A program made the translations under genes and the position numbers. From Candidatus Moanibacter sp. (GTDB taxonomy: Bacteria > Verrucomicrobiota > Verrucomicrobiia > Opitutales > UBA2987), in contig CBDCEW010000100.1 of NCBI GenBank assembly GCA_965215885.1, positions 32,001 through 96,000 on the forward strand: a stretch of 64,000 nt of DNA. Direction: 5' to 3'. The notes beneath the pieces are model-generated. The model saw nothing but the letters and a program-made list of their open reading frames with translations, made no database searches and was not told the origin of the DNA. This document shows, in pieces, positions 29,486 to 40,192 of this stretch (the stretch's first letter is position 1; each line of letters starts with the position of its first letter).

Positions 29486-29724
29486 TCTATGAGGCAGTAG
29501 ACGGCAGGCTCCTCAATTGGAAGTATCGAGGTATCATGCACGAGGGCAGCGGCGAATGCCCCAACTTCGTAAGCTGGCTGACAGATGGGTACTGATATAC
29601 GGAGCCTACCAATGGGTGGATTATTTTGTCGGGAGCTTCGATGTCGATACGTTGAAATTCAGGTCGGTAAAACAGGGAGTGGTGGATTACAGCTACGGAG
29701 CGGCACACCCTAACTTCTGGACTC
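29485..29724 (+). pseudogene. Internal fragment of a GH32-like glycosidase, frameshifted and cut by the IS end
   Basis: Manual translation IYEAVDGRLLNWKYRGIMHEGSGECPNF / KLADRWVLIYGAYQWVDYFVGSFD...VVDY (ECP motif region). Confidence 0.55.
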
Positions 29725-30402
29725 GTGGTCGAATTCGTGCATAGTGATGCGGCTGCATCTCCGGGTGCCCGGTGCTACAATTGCCACATGCCTCACACGA
29801 CTTACGGATTACTTAAGGAAATTCGCAGCGATACGATCGGGCGCAGCCCGTCTGTGCGCGAATCTGTCGAATATGGGCGGCCGAATGCGTGTAACCTCTG
29901 TCACCTCGACAAGAGTCTCGCCTGGACCGGGCGCTATCTGGAGGAATGGTACGGGCGGGCAAAGGAATCCGTCCCAAGCGAAGAGGAAGAGACACGTTCG
30001 GCGGCCCTGCTCTGGCTGCTCAGAGGGGACCCGGCACAGCGCGCTCTCGTAGCGTGGCGCATGGGTTGGAGTCCCGCAATCGAGGCATCGGGATCCGATT
30101 GGATGCCTCCCTATCTTGCCGAAGTCCTCGATGACCCTTATTCCGGCGTCCGTTTCATCGCTGGGCGGTCGCTCCGGCGAATTCCAGGATTCGAGGACTT
30201 TGACTACGATTACGTTGCACCGGTGCGGGCGCTGGCCGATGCAAGGGCTAAGGTTCAGGCCCGATGGCGGCGGATGCATCCAATTGAGACGTTTCAGGAC
30301 CGCACGGACCTATTCTTTGACTCAGACGGAGAAGTCGATGTAAAGGCGGTAATTGACGTGCTGCGCAGGCGCGACAAACGGCCTGTCTTTATATCGGAAT
30401 AG
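29725..30402 (+). pseudogene. C-terminal fragment of a multiheme c-type cytochrome
   Basis: CYNCHMP and PNACNLCH heme motifs, no signal peptide, HEAT-like tail. Confidence 0.7.
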
Positions 30403-30485
30403 AGGGCGACTTTGTGATTCATCTCGGCGAAGTGCAAAAAGGAAAAACCCATCCCTCTGATGGAAGCCGGCCCGACAGGATATTC

Positions 30486-31086
30486 ATGCGATTGTGGAAT
30501 TTCTTTTTCCCTGATGAAAAGGAAGTTCCTTTGTTTGCAGTGGTGATCATGGCTGGGTTTCTAGCCTTTCTCATTGTTTTCGGGCATGGCTACCTGACCG
30601 CTACGCTACGCGAGCTGGGCGACGCGCCGGGATTTATGCATCGCGTGAATCTCGTGTTTCATGAAGCGGGCCATTTGATTTTCGGGGTATCTGGCAGCCG
30701 ATTTGTTATGATTGCAGGTGGCATCTTGGGCCAGCTGCTCGTGCCCCTGATTCTGGTCTTGGCGTTCCGATTTACCAACAAAGAGGCCTTCGGGGCTGCA
30801 GTCTGCCTCTGGTGGTTTGGACAGAGCTTCGTCGATTGCGCCCCCTACATCAACGATGCGCGTGCCCTCGACCTTCAGCTTCTTGGCGGGGGAACGGGAA
30901 GGGAAGTGGAAGGGCACGATTGGGAGTACCTATTGACTGAACTCGATCTCTTGAACAAGGATATCTACATCGCTCGCGGGTGTCCTCAAGACCGGTCGCG
31001 CGATCATGATTCTAGCCTATCTGTGGGCCGCCCTGGCGATTTTCAACCCTGCTCTCCGTTGGCGGCGCCGCCGAAAAGGTGTCTGA
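30486..31086 (+). pseudogene. Membrane protein with HExxH motif, +1 frameshift near 30980
   Basis: VFHEAGH, APYINDAR, GHDW; the final TM (VLKTGRAIMILAYLWAALA) continues in another frame. Confidence 0.55.
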
Positions 31087-31181
31087 TCCTAAATTCCGTA
31101 AGATTTCCGGGTCAGATGAAGACTGTGGACACCGTGGGGATTCCTTGCGAGAATATGGCAAAAATGGGAGTTACTTGAAGG

Positions 31182-31976
31182 GTGACCAGAACGATCAGTT
31201 CAGATGACATAGAATTCTTCCAGCGGAACGGATACATTCAATTTGAAGGGTTTCTTTCCGATCTGGAGATCACTGACCTGCGCCGGGCCATCGATGATGC
31301 CGTTGCGAGCAACCGCGAGCGCATTGTGGGAGCCGAAAAGGGCGGACGGCAGTCGGATGACTACGAACGCGTCTTTAATCAAATGGTGAATCTCTGGACA
31401 GATTATCCCGAGGCGAAAGAGATCGCCTTTGACGTCCGTCTGGGTGAGTGCGCCCGGCGTCTGAGTCGAAGGCAGCATGTTCGCATCTACCACGATCATG
31501 CCATGATCAAGCCACCTGGCGAGGACGGCAAATTGACCAATTGGCACCAGGATGCGCCCTACTGGCCGATGGATCCGGTCGGTGCTCTGTCTGCGTGGAT
31601 TGCTGTTGATGACGTCACCATCGAGAACGGCTGCCTTCACTTTGTCCCAGGCTCACACACCTATGGCCGCTTGGAGCCAATCAAGCTGGGTGTCGAAGGG
31701 GAGAGCATTGTCGATAAATTGAAAGCCCGGGGATACGAAGTCCCGGAACCCAGACCGATGCCTATGAAGGCCGGAGGTGTGACTTTTCACCATGGCTGTA
31801 CCTTTCACTATGCGGGGCCCAACCGGACTGCTGAGCCACGGCGGGCGTTTGCCATCATCTACATCCCCGATAATACTCGGTTTACAGGGGGTAAGGACGC
31901 AGCGGGAGCGGCAGACGAAATGGAGGTTGGTGGATCCTGGGAGCACGCGCTTCACCCGGTGATCGCGGGAAACTGA
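31182..31976 (+). CDS. PhyH-family Fe/2OG dioxygenase
   Basis: WHQDAPYW, ENGCLHFVPGSH, FHH..TFH. Confidence 0.9.
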   Translation: MTRTISSDDIEFFQRNGYIQFEGFLSDLEITDLRRAIDDAVASNRERIVGAEKGGRQSDDYERVFNQMVNLWTDYPEAKEIAFDVRLGECARRLSRRQHVRIYHDHAMIKPPGEDGKLTNWHQDAPYWPMDPVGALSAWIAVDDVTIENGCLHFVPGSHTYGRLEPIKLGVEGESIVDKLKARGYEVPEPRPMPMKAGGVTFHHGCTFHYAGPNRTAEPRRAFAIIYIPDNTRFTGGKDAAGAADEMEVGGSWEHALHPVIAGN

Positions 31977-32086
31977 ATCTGGCAATCTGTCCGACTAAGG
32001 GTCCGACAGGCTCCCAGGCCGAATTCGACAGGTGCAGTTCTGCTTCCAGAAGACTGTTGGGAATGGAACTGTTTTGATGGATCATA

Positions 32087-33115
32087 TCATATCGTTGGCG
32101 CAGCAATGCTGTCGTCCCAAGTGTAGTCTGTCTCACCTTCTTCGCAACGCTTTGCGGATGCCATCATGGTGGAAAGGTCGCCCTTAGGTTGGTATCCGAT
32201 CATGGACTTCGCTTTACCGATCGCGTGATCGTAGATATTTCTGACCGGCAGCTTGATCTCGAGAGGTTCGATACCCCGGATCTCGCCGAGAAGTCTGGCA
32301 CCGTCCACGAACGAGAAGGGTTCCGGGGCGCCTGCATTGAAGGCTTCACCCAGCACGGTGTCTGATTGGAGTGCGCATACGATGCAGTGTGCGATGTCCC
32401 GGGCGTCGTTTGGCTGATACATCCACGGCCGACCTTCGAGATCCGTCACGGCGCAGGGCTGATCGGGGCTTTCAGAATTCTCTTCGACTTGATGCCAGAG
32501 TTCGGTGCCGTCGGGCATGTAGAGTTCGGATCCGGGCCTTTGGCCTTTCTGCAAAAGGCCGATTACCCGTCCCACCGTGAATTGGCCGAACAGTTTCGTT
32601 CCCGACAAGACGTGGCTCGGCCGCACAATGGAGTAGCGGAGCCCGGTCTCCCTCGATGCTCTCTCTGCCAACTGTTCCCCGAAGAATTTGGAGAGCGAGT
32701 ATTCATTGTCCGGTCGCTTCGGGTGTAACTCATCGACGGGATGGTAGGCGCACGCAATATTCTCACCGTTATTCGGGTAAACGCCTGAGGAGGAGATGCA
32801 GATGTATCGATCGAGTCGATCGGCGGCGTCGGCACACGCCCGCGTGACTTGGAGATTTATGCTCATGTTTGTTTCGAAATGGGGACCAACGAGGTTGGCT
32901 GTATGGATGACGGCATCGACTCCCTCGAGGGCGGACTTTACAAAGTTTGGATCCGTCAGGTCTCCTTCGCACAGATCGACGTCTAGACCGGCGATCCGAT
33001 CTGCAACGGGGTCGTCGGGAAGAAGGGTGCCACGCACATCATGATTGCGGTCCAACAGCTGGCGCACGAGTCGGCATCCAACCTGGCCGGCGGCGCCCGT
33101 GACGAGAACCTTCAT
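32087..33115 (-). CDS. NAD-dependent epimerase/dehydratase (extended SDR)
   Basis: VTGAAGQVG, SSSGVY, YSLSK. Confidence 0.9.
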   Translation of the reverse strand: MKVLVTGAAGQVGCRLVRQLLDRNHDVRGTLLPDDPVADRIAGLDVDLCEGDLTDPNFVKSALEGVDAVIHTANLVGPHFETNMSINLQVTRACADAADRLDRYICISSSGVYPNNGENIACAYHPVDELHPKRPDNEYSLSKFFGEQLAERASRETGLRYSIVRPSHVLSGTKLFGQFTVGRVIGLLQKGQRPGSELYMPDGTELWHQVEENSESPDQPCAVTDLEGRPWMYQPNDARDIAHCIVCALQSDTVLGEAFNAGAPEPFSFVDGARLLGEIRGIEPLEIKLPVRNIYDHAIGKAKSMIGYQPKGDLSTMMASAKRCEEGETDYTWDDSIAAPTI

Positions 33116-33471
33116 GATTCGCTGATCCCATTCAACGCGTAGTCGAGATCCCTCGTCCTGAGCAGAAAGCTACAGGCTAACAGTCTATTCGTGTCCATGC
33201 ATTCAGCCTCTTGTCACGTTGTTTTTGGTATATGCTTCGCGAAAGAGCGACTGCCGTTTGAGCGGCATCTTATTGAATTGCTCGGGATGGGGACGTGAAA
33301 GGCTCCAGCGAGTATTGACGGAATTGTAAGTGTTGAATATTGCCATGCGATCGTATTAGGTGGGTGAAATTACAACCACGAATTGATTCTGCTGAAAAAG
33401 TCGTCGTATCGGAATCCTATACCACGTTCTTGCGAACGCGGGGGTATTTCACCGGAATCACGAATTCTAAC

Positions 33472-35019
33472 ATGACCTCTGATTATACATCAAAAGTTCC
33501 CTTTTACAAATTTCCAAATACCCTCGAGGAGCAGGAGGCGGCGCTTGCGACGAATCCCCTCATGCAGCGATTGATCGCCTCGCGCAAGACTTACGCCGAT
33601 GACCCGCTCCGGCCGATTTACCACTACGTCAACCCGGAGGCGATGCTCAATGACCCGAACGGCCTCTGCTTCTGGCAGGGACGCTGGCACCTCTTCTACC
33701 AGGCCTATCCGCCGGAAGACACGCGCCAGCACTGGGGGCACGCCGTCAGCGACGACCTCATCCACTGGAGGGATCTTCCCTACTGTATTTACCCGGATCC
33801 CGAGGATAAGTGTTTCTCCGGCGCCACGCTGGTTGAAGACGACCGTGTCATTGCTCACTATCACGGAACCGCGGTCGGAAACATGGTCGCAATTTCGAAT
33901 GATCCACTTCTTCTGAATTGGGACAAGGTGGCCGATAGAGCTGTCATCCCCCTCGCGATGCCGGACGGCGTTCACTGGCCGCCGCGCATATTCGACCCCT
34001 GCATCTGGAAAAAGGACGACGCCTACTACGCGCTCTCAGCCGGCACAAAGCCTGAGGGTCCGGCAGGCAAACCTATTCGGGCGAACTTTCTCCTCCGCTC
34101 GAAAGATCTCGAGCACTGGGAGTACCTGCATCCGTTCATCGAAGACGATCATTACACGATGGTCGGGGACGATGGCGCGTGCCCTTATTTCTGGCCCATC
34201 GGCCATAAGCACATGTTGCTGTTCTTCAGTCATCGAAGCGGGGGGCAATACCTGCTGGGAGACTATGACAAAGCGCGGGACAAGTTCGTCGTCACCTACG
34301 GTGCAAAATTCAATTTCGGCCCCTACGGCCCCGCCGGCGTGCACGCACCATCCGCAACACCCGACGGCGAGGACATTATCGTCATTTTCAATATGAACCC
34401 GGGTAAACCTACAGAAGGTTGGAATCAAATCATGACCCTTCCACGGAGGCTGAGCCTCTCAGGCGACGAACAGATTCTGATGGAACCGGCGGGCGACATC
34501 GAGTCCCTGCGCGGCGCCCACCACCGTATCGAGAACATGATGATTCCGGCGAATCAGGATACGGTTTTCGACCAAGTGGCAGGTAACGCGATTGAATTGA
34601 TTGCGGAGATAGATCCCAAGGGCGCATCGATGGTAGAACTCGATGTCCTCCGCTCCCCAGGACGCGAGGAGTTTACGCGAATCTCTTTTTACCGCGAACG
34701 CGGGTATCGGGATACGATCCGGCGGTCGGGTGCTGTTGCCAGCGCGATCACATTGGACAACTCATATTCATCGACCGCCGCCGACGTGCGGGCGCGCATC
34801 CCGGAAACGGCTCAGGTCCAACTCGAACAGGATGAACCGCTGCGCCTCCGCGTCTTTGTCGACCGGAGTGTCGTGGAGGTTTTTGCCAATGGCCGCCAGT
34901 GCGTTGCCGCTCGCGTCTACCCGGAACGGGAGGACAGCGTTGGCGTGTCCATGCGTTCGCAGGGGAGCGGTTGTGAATTGCGTTCGCTCGATGTCTGGCA
35001 GATGTCCGGGATATATTGA
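33472..35019 (+). CDS. Glycoside hydrolase family 32-like protein (cytoplasmic)
   Basis: LNDPNG, WHLFYQ, HWGHAVS.DL.HW, FSG, C-terminal FVDRSVVEVF beta-sandwich. Confidence 0.88.
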   Translation: MTSDYTSKVPFYKFPNTLEEQEAALATNPLMQRLIASRKTYADDPLRPIYHYVNPEAMLNDPNGLCFWQGRWHLFYQAYPPEDTRQHWGHAVSDDLIHWRDLPYCIYPDPEDKCFSGATLVEDDRVIAHYHGTAVGNMVAISNDPLLLNWDKVADRAVIPLAMPDGVHWPPRIFDPCIWKKDDAYYALSAGTKPEGPAGKPIRANFLLRSKDLEHWEYLHPFIEDDHYTMVGDDGACPYFWPIGHKHMLLFFSHRSGGQYLLGDYDKARDKFVVTYGAKFNFGPYGPAGVHAPSATPDGEDIIVIFNMNPGKPTEGWNQIMTLPRRLSLSGDEQILMEPAGDIESLRGAHHRIENMMIPANQDTVFDQVAGNAIELIAEIDPKGASMVELDVLRSPGREEFTRISFYRERGYRDTIRRSGAVASAITLDNSYSSTAADVRARIPETAQVQLEQDEPLRLRVFVDRSVVEVFANGRQCVAARVYPEREDSVGVSMRSQGSGCELRSLDVWQMSGIY

Positions 35020-35161
35020 CGTGACAGGGAAGCCCAGTTCCGACCAGTGGCCGATCTCGCGAGGTTAGCAATATATATAGCCTGTCGCTTATTTTCTTGG
35101 AAGATTGAGGTTGTTTGGGATCTGAGAATTCGTTAGTCGGGTAGCTTCTCTATATTGAAAG

Positions 35162-35989
35162 ATGATCATTGACACGCACACGCATTTTTACGATCCGACT
35201 CGCGAGGGGGGGACGCCGTGGCCCGACCCGGAGGATGAAGTTCTCTATCAGCCGACGTATCCAGAACGGTGTAAGGCGCAAGCCGTGCCGCTCGGAGTAA
35301 CGGGCACCATCATGGTGGAGTGCAGCGAGTGGGTAGAAGACAACCAATGGGTTCTCGATCTGGCAAAGGAGGATCCGTTTATCCTTGGTATGGTGGGCAA
35401 TCTGGACCCGCACGAGGATCGGTTTGAGGAGCACCTCGATCGCTTCAGCCAGGATCCCGTTTTTCGCGGTATCCGCGCGCGTCTGTGGAAGCCTGATGAT
35501 ATCGGCGCCTTGCGTCTTCTCGCGGATCGCGACCTTTCCCTCGACCTCGGCCTTGACAAAGATACACCGAAGATCGCACGTGAGATTCCCGACCTGAGGA
35601 TCATCATCAACCATTCCGCCAGCCTTCCGATGGAGGGGGAGAAACCACCTGCGGATCTCGTTGCCCTGATGCGCGAAGCAGCATCCCACCCAAACGTATT
35701 CTGTAAGCTTTCCGGAATGATGGATCTGCGATGCAAGATTCGCCCGGCTCCCACCGATGTTTCCCATTACGCGCCCGTTCTGGACCTGCTATGGGACGCC
35801 TTTGGCGAGGATCGATTGATATTCGGTAGTGACTGGCCCGTATCCGACCACAGCGAGCGCACTTACGCCGAAGTGTTAAAATTGGCACAGGATTACGTTC
35901 GGCCCAAAGGGGAATCTGCGATGGAGAAGGTCTTCTGCGAAAATTCACGCAAAGCCTACAGATGGCAATGGCGCGGCGATGGGGAGTGA
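35162..35989 (+). CDS. Amidohydrolase_2 family protein (sugar lactonase-like)
   Basis: IDTHTHFYD, IINH, CKLSG, FGSDWPV. Confidence 0.88.
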   Translation: MIIDTHTHFYDPTREGGTPWPDPEDEVLYQPTYPERCKAQAVPLGVTGTIMVECSEWVEDNQWVLDLAKEDPFILGMVGNLDPHEDRFEEHLDRFSQDPVFRGIRARLWKPDDIGALRLLADRDLSLDLGLDKDTPKIAREIPDLRIIINHSASLPMEGEKPPADLVALMREAASHPNVFCKLSGMMDLRCKIRPAPTDVSHYAPVLDLLWDAFGEDRLIFGSDWPVSDHSERTYAEVLKLAQDYVRPKGESAMEKVFCENSRKAYRWQWRGDGE

Positions 35990-36019
35990 GAGTTAATGAA
36001 AATGCACATTCATGCACTC

Positions 36020-36180
36020 TTTCCCCTGGTCGTTTCTGGCCGAATCCCTATCCGACAACAACCGATACGCGGGGTGTATTTCACAGCTTTCAAATAGCGG
36101 ATGTGGAATTCCTCTTGCTCGACGACTCTTATCACCGCGATCCGAATCTTGCGGAGGACCGTGCCACCATGCTGGGAGCC
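36020..36180 (+). pseudogene. Short PhoD-like alkaline phosphatase fragment
   Basis: FWPNP...GVFHSFQIADVEFLLLDDSYHRD...TMLG resembles PhoD core strands. Confidence 0.45.
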
Positions 36181-36246
36181 GTCTTCGAACGAGATTCGCC
36201 GCGCCGGGCTGGCCCGGACTACCGCCATCGACAGAGAACAATATTG

Positions 36247-37407
36247 TTACACGCAGTCCTGGTGCGGCAACATCAGGGGTAGGGGACACCAGGCCTCGAG
36301 AACTCGAGCTTCGTCCCGCAGCGGCAGAATCTGGGAGGGCACCAACGGTCCGAACAGTAGTCGCATCGCGACGTCTGGGTCGCAGACTAGATGGAGATCC
36401 GCAGGTTCATGGACTTTGCGACAACCGGCATTTTCCCTGTCAACGCTCAATTCCATCGCTCCCCATCCATTGATCGCGATTGTCACCGAGCCATCGGGGA
36501 GGGATTTCGACTGGTGCCTGAGCCGCATAAGCGCTTCGACGACAGCATCCCATTCAAAGACCCGCCAGTTGCGGGCCTGGCAAATTTCCATTCGTTCACT
36601 ATTCTCGGCAAGTTCCCGAAGAAGCGCGTCCGGGACGGGGCTTATTCTGATTCTCAGATTTTTATCGGTGCAAGATTTCTCCACCCAAGCCCGCACCATA
36701 CGGACACCAAGACCGGTCGATTCGGCGACGAGTTCCGACACATAGTTACCCGGCTCGTCGGCGACCAGATAGCCGACCAGTTCGTCGCTCCTGTCAAAAG
36801 CCGCCCAAGGACGGAAATTCCAAGACTCGCAGAAGCGGCAAAAATCCTCGAGGGGCCGGTCACAGCGAATGGATTTTGCATCGTGGATCGTCTTGGCCTT
36901 TTGAACGGATTCGAAATCCTTTTCGTCAAGGGGACGAAATATGACAGCAGGATCATCGGTGTAACAATGCCGAATATTCGCCGGACTTATGGTAAAGGTA
37001 AGTGCGTTGCCGCAGACCTCGTAGCCGAAGTAACGGTATCGCTGCCTCTGGCCCCCAAGGTAGGAGAGGTGATATCCTGCACCCTGAATTACATCGAGGC
37101 AATGATGCATGAGGTGCTTCATGAGACCCTCGTTGCGGCATTTCGGGTGGGTGGAGACGCCTCCGATTCCTGCCACTCGAAGCACCCTGTCTCCGACGTG
37201 CAAGGTGATGGGAAAGAGACCAACGATAGCCACAATTTCGCCGTTCCGTTTGACGGCATAGTTGCAGGCCATGTGTTTATCCGTCCGGCGGTAGATAGAC
37301 GGTATTAACCTCTCCATGTCATGCGGTCCATGTTCGCCAAAGACGAGGTTGAGGAAATCCATCGCCTCCTCGAAGTCGTCGGCCCGAAGCTGTACGATCT
37401 CGTCCAA
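36247..37407 (-). CDS. Eis-like GNAT acetyltransferase with C-terminal SCP2-like domain
   Basis: GIGGVSTHP..RNEGLM, RYRYFGYE. Confidence 0.8.
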   Translation of the reverse strand: MDEIVQLRADDFEEAMDFLNLVFGEHGPHDMERLIPSIYRRTDKHMACNYAVKRNGEIVAIVGLFPITLHVGDRVLRVAGIGGVSTHPKCRNEGLMKHLMHHCLDVIQGAGYHLSYLGGQRQRYRYFGYEVCGNALTFTISPANIRHCYTDDPAVIFRPLDEKDFESVQKAKTIHDAKSIRCDRPLEDFCRFCESWNFRPWAAFDRSDELVGYLVADEPGNYVSELVAESTGLGVRMVRAWVEKSCTDKNLRIRISPVPDALLRELAENSERMEICQARNWRVFEWDAVVEALMRLRHQSKSLPDGSVTIAINGWGAMELSVDRENAGCRKVHEPADLHLVCDPDVAMRLLFGPLVPSQILPLRDEARVLEAWCPLPLMLPHQDCV

Positions 37408-37411
37408 TAGG

Positions 37412-38254
37412 TCAGCTTACGAGTTCCGGACCGGGAACGCGATTCAGCTCCATCGGTTCGGTATCGCCGTTGTAGACCGCCTGAAGGGGAAGAAGACGAT
37501 TGCGCGCTTGTTCCGGCCAGTCGTTCGGAACCCGGGAGATGGCAAGATGGGCTCGCATGCTGTCGGGCAAGTCGTAAAAGAGTGGGTGGTACCAGAGTGT
37601 AATGACGGTGCGCCGGTCATCGCTCCTGTTGGCGTAGGCACTATGGAGGATGCGGGCGTCGCCGATGACGAGATCCCCTGCTTTCACTGCAATATCGATC
37701 TCGCCCCCGGCGCGTTGAAAGGCGGGATGATCGGGGTCGGATGCGCGTTGCAGATCCTCAGTATGAGCCATGGGCACGGCGTCGTGCATGATGTGCCGCT
37801 TGAGATGGCTGCCCGGAATAAGGCGGAGGCATCCGTTACTCGGTGTCGTATCGACCAGATAGTACATAAGAAACACCTGCTGGGGCAGGGGCTTATAACT
37901 GACCGGATCGTTCCATCCAAACCAGTCCTGGTGCCAGAAGAGCGGCGGACTGTGGGGAGGTTTGCTGATAATGTAGCCGCTGTAAAATGTGGCGCGATCG
38001 AAACCTAAGGATTTCAGGGCTACGAGAGCGGCAGGCCAGGTGATAAGGTCGACGAAGAACGGGTCTTCAAATACAGTGGCGAGGCTGCCCGTCGATTTCT
38101 GTTTCTCGAAATGCTCGGGGTCTTGAGTATCGAGGACGTGGTTGGAGGTGTCCCCGACCCGACGGACCATTTCCGCGTCGAGGACCTTTTCGAAGACGCA
38201 GAAACCGTCTTCGATGAGTTGGGTGTACTTCTGCTTGCCGAGATCGATTTTCAT
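37412..38254 (-). CDS. PhyH-family Fe/2OG dioxygenase
   Basis: FWHQDW, NGCLRLIPGSH, GDLVIGD.RILH. Confidence 0.9.
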   Translation of the reverse strand: MKIDLGKQKYTQLIEDGFCVFEKVLDAEMVRRVGDTSNHVLDTQDPEHFEKQKSTGSLATVFEDPFFVDLITWPAALVALKSLGFDRATFYSGYIISKPPHSPPLFWHQDWFGWNDPVSYKPLPQQVFLMYYLVDTTPSNGCLRLIPGSHLKRHIMHDAVPMAHTEDLQRASDPDHPAFQRAGGEIDIAVKAGDLVIGDARILHSAYANRSDDRRTVITLWYHPLFYDLPDSMRAHLAISRVPNDWPEQARNRLLPLQAVYNGDTEPMELNRVPGPELVS

Positions 38255-38313
38255 GGATTGTTCTGAAAGAGAAATTCTCCCCACGGATTCGAGCCTTCTT
38301 CTCCCGCTTGGCG

Positions 38314-39919
38314 CATACGCGTAAACCTTATTTTCGCAACTTAGTCAGATTCAAAGACTTGCGAGGTATTTTGCGGCGGAGTATGAGGGTGTCTCTATCC
38401 TCGAGGTTCCACTCCATTTGTTCGCCCTTTTCTATTTGCTTCGTTTCGACCACAGCGGTGAGGAAATTCGCAGTTGAGCGAGTGCATTTTGGCCGGGTTA
38501 TCTTCTCTACTTTTACCGTCTACCCCATTTTTTTTCACTTTGGCAGCATTTTATACTGTACATTCGTTCATATATAGGATTTATCCTTCGGATGCAAAGT
38601 ATAAAAAAAGCTGATTGTATCCGTCAAACCTTCCGTAAGTTGAACCTCACAGCCCTCGCTAAACAGAGTGGTTTTAGAGAGAGGAAATCGCGCAAGATCT
38701 CCCCTCTGAACTTTGTTTTGGCTTTGCTGGCGATGGCTTCTAAGGGGGCCTTGTCCCTTGGCAAAGAAGCCGAGCTTATTGGATTCTTAGCCAACCGCAC
38801 CATTTCCAGACAAGCGGTCCAAAAGTGCGCCAAAAAAGCCACCGCTTTTATGACCTTAGTGCTCCTGAGGCTTTTAGAACTTAAAGCTTATGGGCCTGTG
38901 GGCAGAGCTGTTCCAAATTGCATGAGGAGCTTTGAACGGGTTCTCATTGCCGACAGCACTTCGATTGGCTTGCCTAAGGTCCTGGCCCCCTTCTTCCCCG
39001 GAGCGTCCAATCAGACAGGCTCCAAACAGGCTCAACTGAAGATTCAGGCCTATTACGATCTGCGCAATGAATCCTTCGTTGACTTCAGCCTCAGTAGCTT
39101 CCGAAAAAACGATCAGGCTGCTTCCAAAGACATTCTCGCTCTCGCTCAACCCAACGACTTGATCCTGCGCGACTTAGGCTATTTTGTCCTCGATGTCTTT
39201 AAGCAACTCGATCAGCGCGGCTGCTTCTTTGTGAGTCGTTTGAAAACCGGCACTTGCCTTTTAGCCAACGAAGGCGATGAAGAGCTCGATCTACGCAAAC
39301 TTTTACGTGGCCAAAAGCTTCTCGATATGCCCGTTCGGGTGGGTAAAAAAGCCAAGCTTCCGGTTCGTCTGATCGCCGTCAAACTCCCTCAGAAGGTGGC
39401 CCATAAACGCCGCCGCGAGCATAGACAAAACCGCGACAATAGACTTCGATATACCAGCCGCACCAGCTTCCTTCTCGGTTTCCAAATCTTTATTACCAAC
39501 CTCCATCAGAAAGACTTTAGCCCTAAGCAGATTCTGAGCTTTTACGGGCTTCGCTGGCGCATCGAAATTTTCTTTAAGGCCTTTAAGCAACATCTTAATC
39601 TCGGTCAGGTCAAAGAGACTACTCCCTACCAGGTTGAGCTTCTTATCTACGCCCGTCTCATCCTCATTACCCACTTACTCAACTTCGTCTATGGTCCCCT
39701 TAGACACTATTCGAATACCAGTTTGTCCTCTCCTCTGAGTATCCTTAAATTCTCCTACTGGTTTGGCTTCTTTGCTCCCTACTTCTTCATCCTCTCTCAC
39801 CTTCCCAAAGATCAGATCATCCCCCGATGGCTCAAACAAATCCCCAAACACTGCACCTATGAAAAGCGTTCTCGTCTTGATTTCCTCTCTTGTTTCTTCT
39901 CCTTAGGTTAACGCAAATG
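38314..39919 (+). mobile_element. IS4-family insertion sequence
   Basis: CAT-initiated imperfect TIRs catacgcgtaaacctta / ttaggttaacgcaaatg; AT-richer than its flanks. Confidence 0.85.
38592..39911 (+). CDS. IS4-family DDE transposase
   Basis: IADST, LRDLGYF, YGLRWRIEIFFKAFK (YREK signature). Confidence 0.92.
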   Translation: MQSIKKADCIRQTFRKLNLTALAKQSGFRERKSRKISPLNFVLALLAMASKGALSLGKEAELIGFLANRTISRQAVQKCAKKATAFMTLVLLRLLELKAYGPVGRAVPNCMRSFERVLIADSTSIGLPKVLAPFFPGASNQTGSKQAQLKIQAYYDLRNESFVDFSLSSFRKNDQAASKDILALAQPNDLILRDLGYFVLDVFKQLDQRGCFFVSRLKTGTCLLANEGDEELDLRKLLRGQKLLDMPVRVGKKAKLPVRLIAVKLPQKVAHKRRREHRQNRDNRLRYTSRTSFLLGFQIFITNLHQKDFSPKQILSFYGLRWRIEIFFKAFKQHLNLGQVKETTPYQVELLIYARLILITHLLNFVYGPLRHYSNTSLSSPLSILKFSYWFGFFAPYFFILSHLPKDQIIPRWLKQIPKHCTYEKRSRLDFLSCFFSLG

Positions 39920-40192
39920 CGCGCAGCGGGACGCGCCGAGCCAGGGAAAACCGCGGATTGATATGCGAAATGTGAGAGAATCCCAATGGATTCGAGAAGA
40001 CAACGGGTTTTTTCGCAGAATAGGACGGCCGCCGGTCAGGCTGTGTGCAACCCGGTTCGGCATATCGAATGTAGGATTTCGCTTTGGAAAGATTCAAGCT
40101 TTACTGGCTGTCCGAGCTCTATCCCGCGCAGGCGGGGTCCTACATATCTGATGAATGTTGTTGTTGGATTTTTCGATATCTCGATGAAAAAT

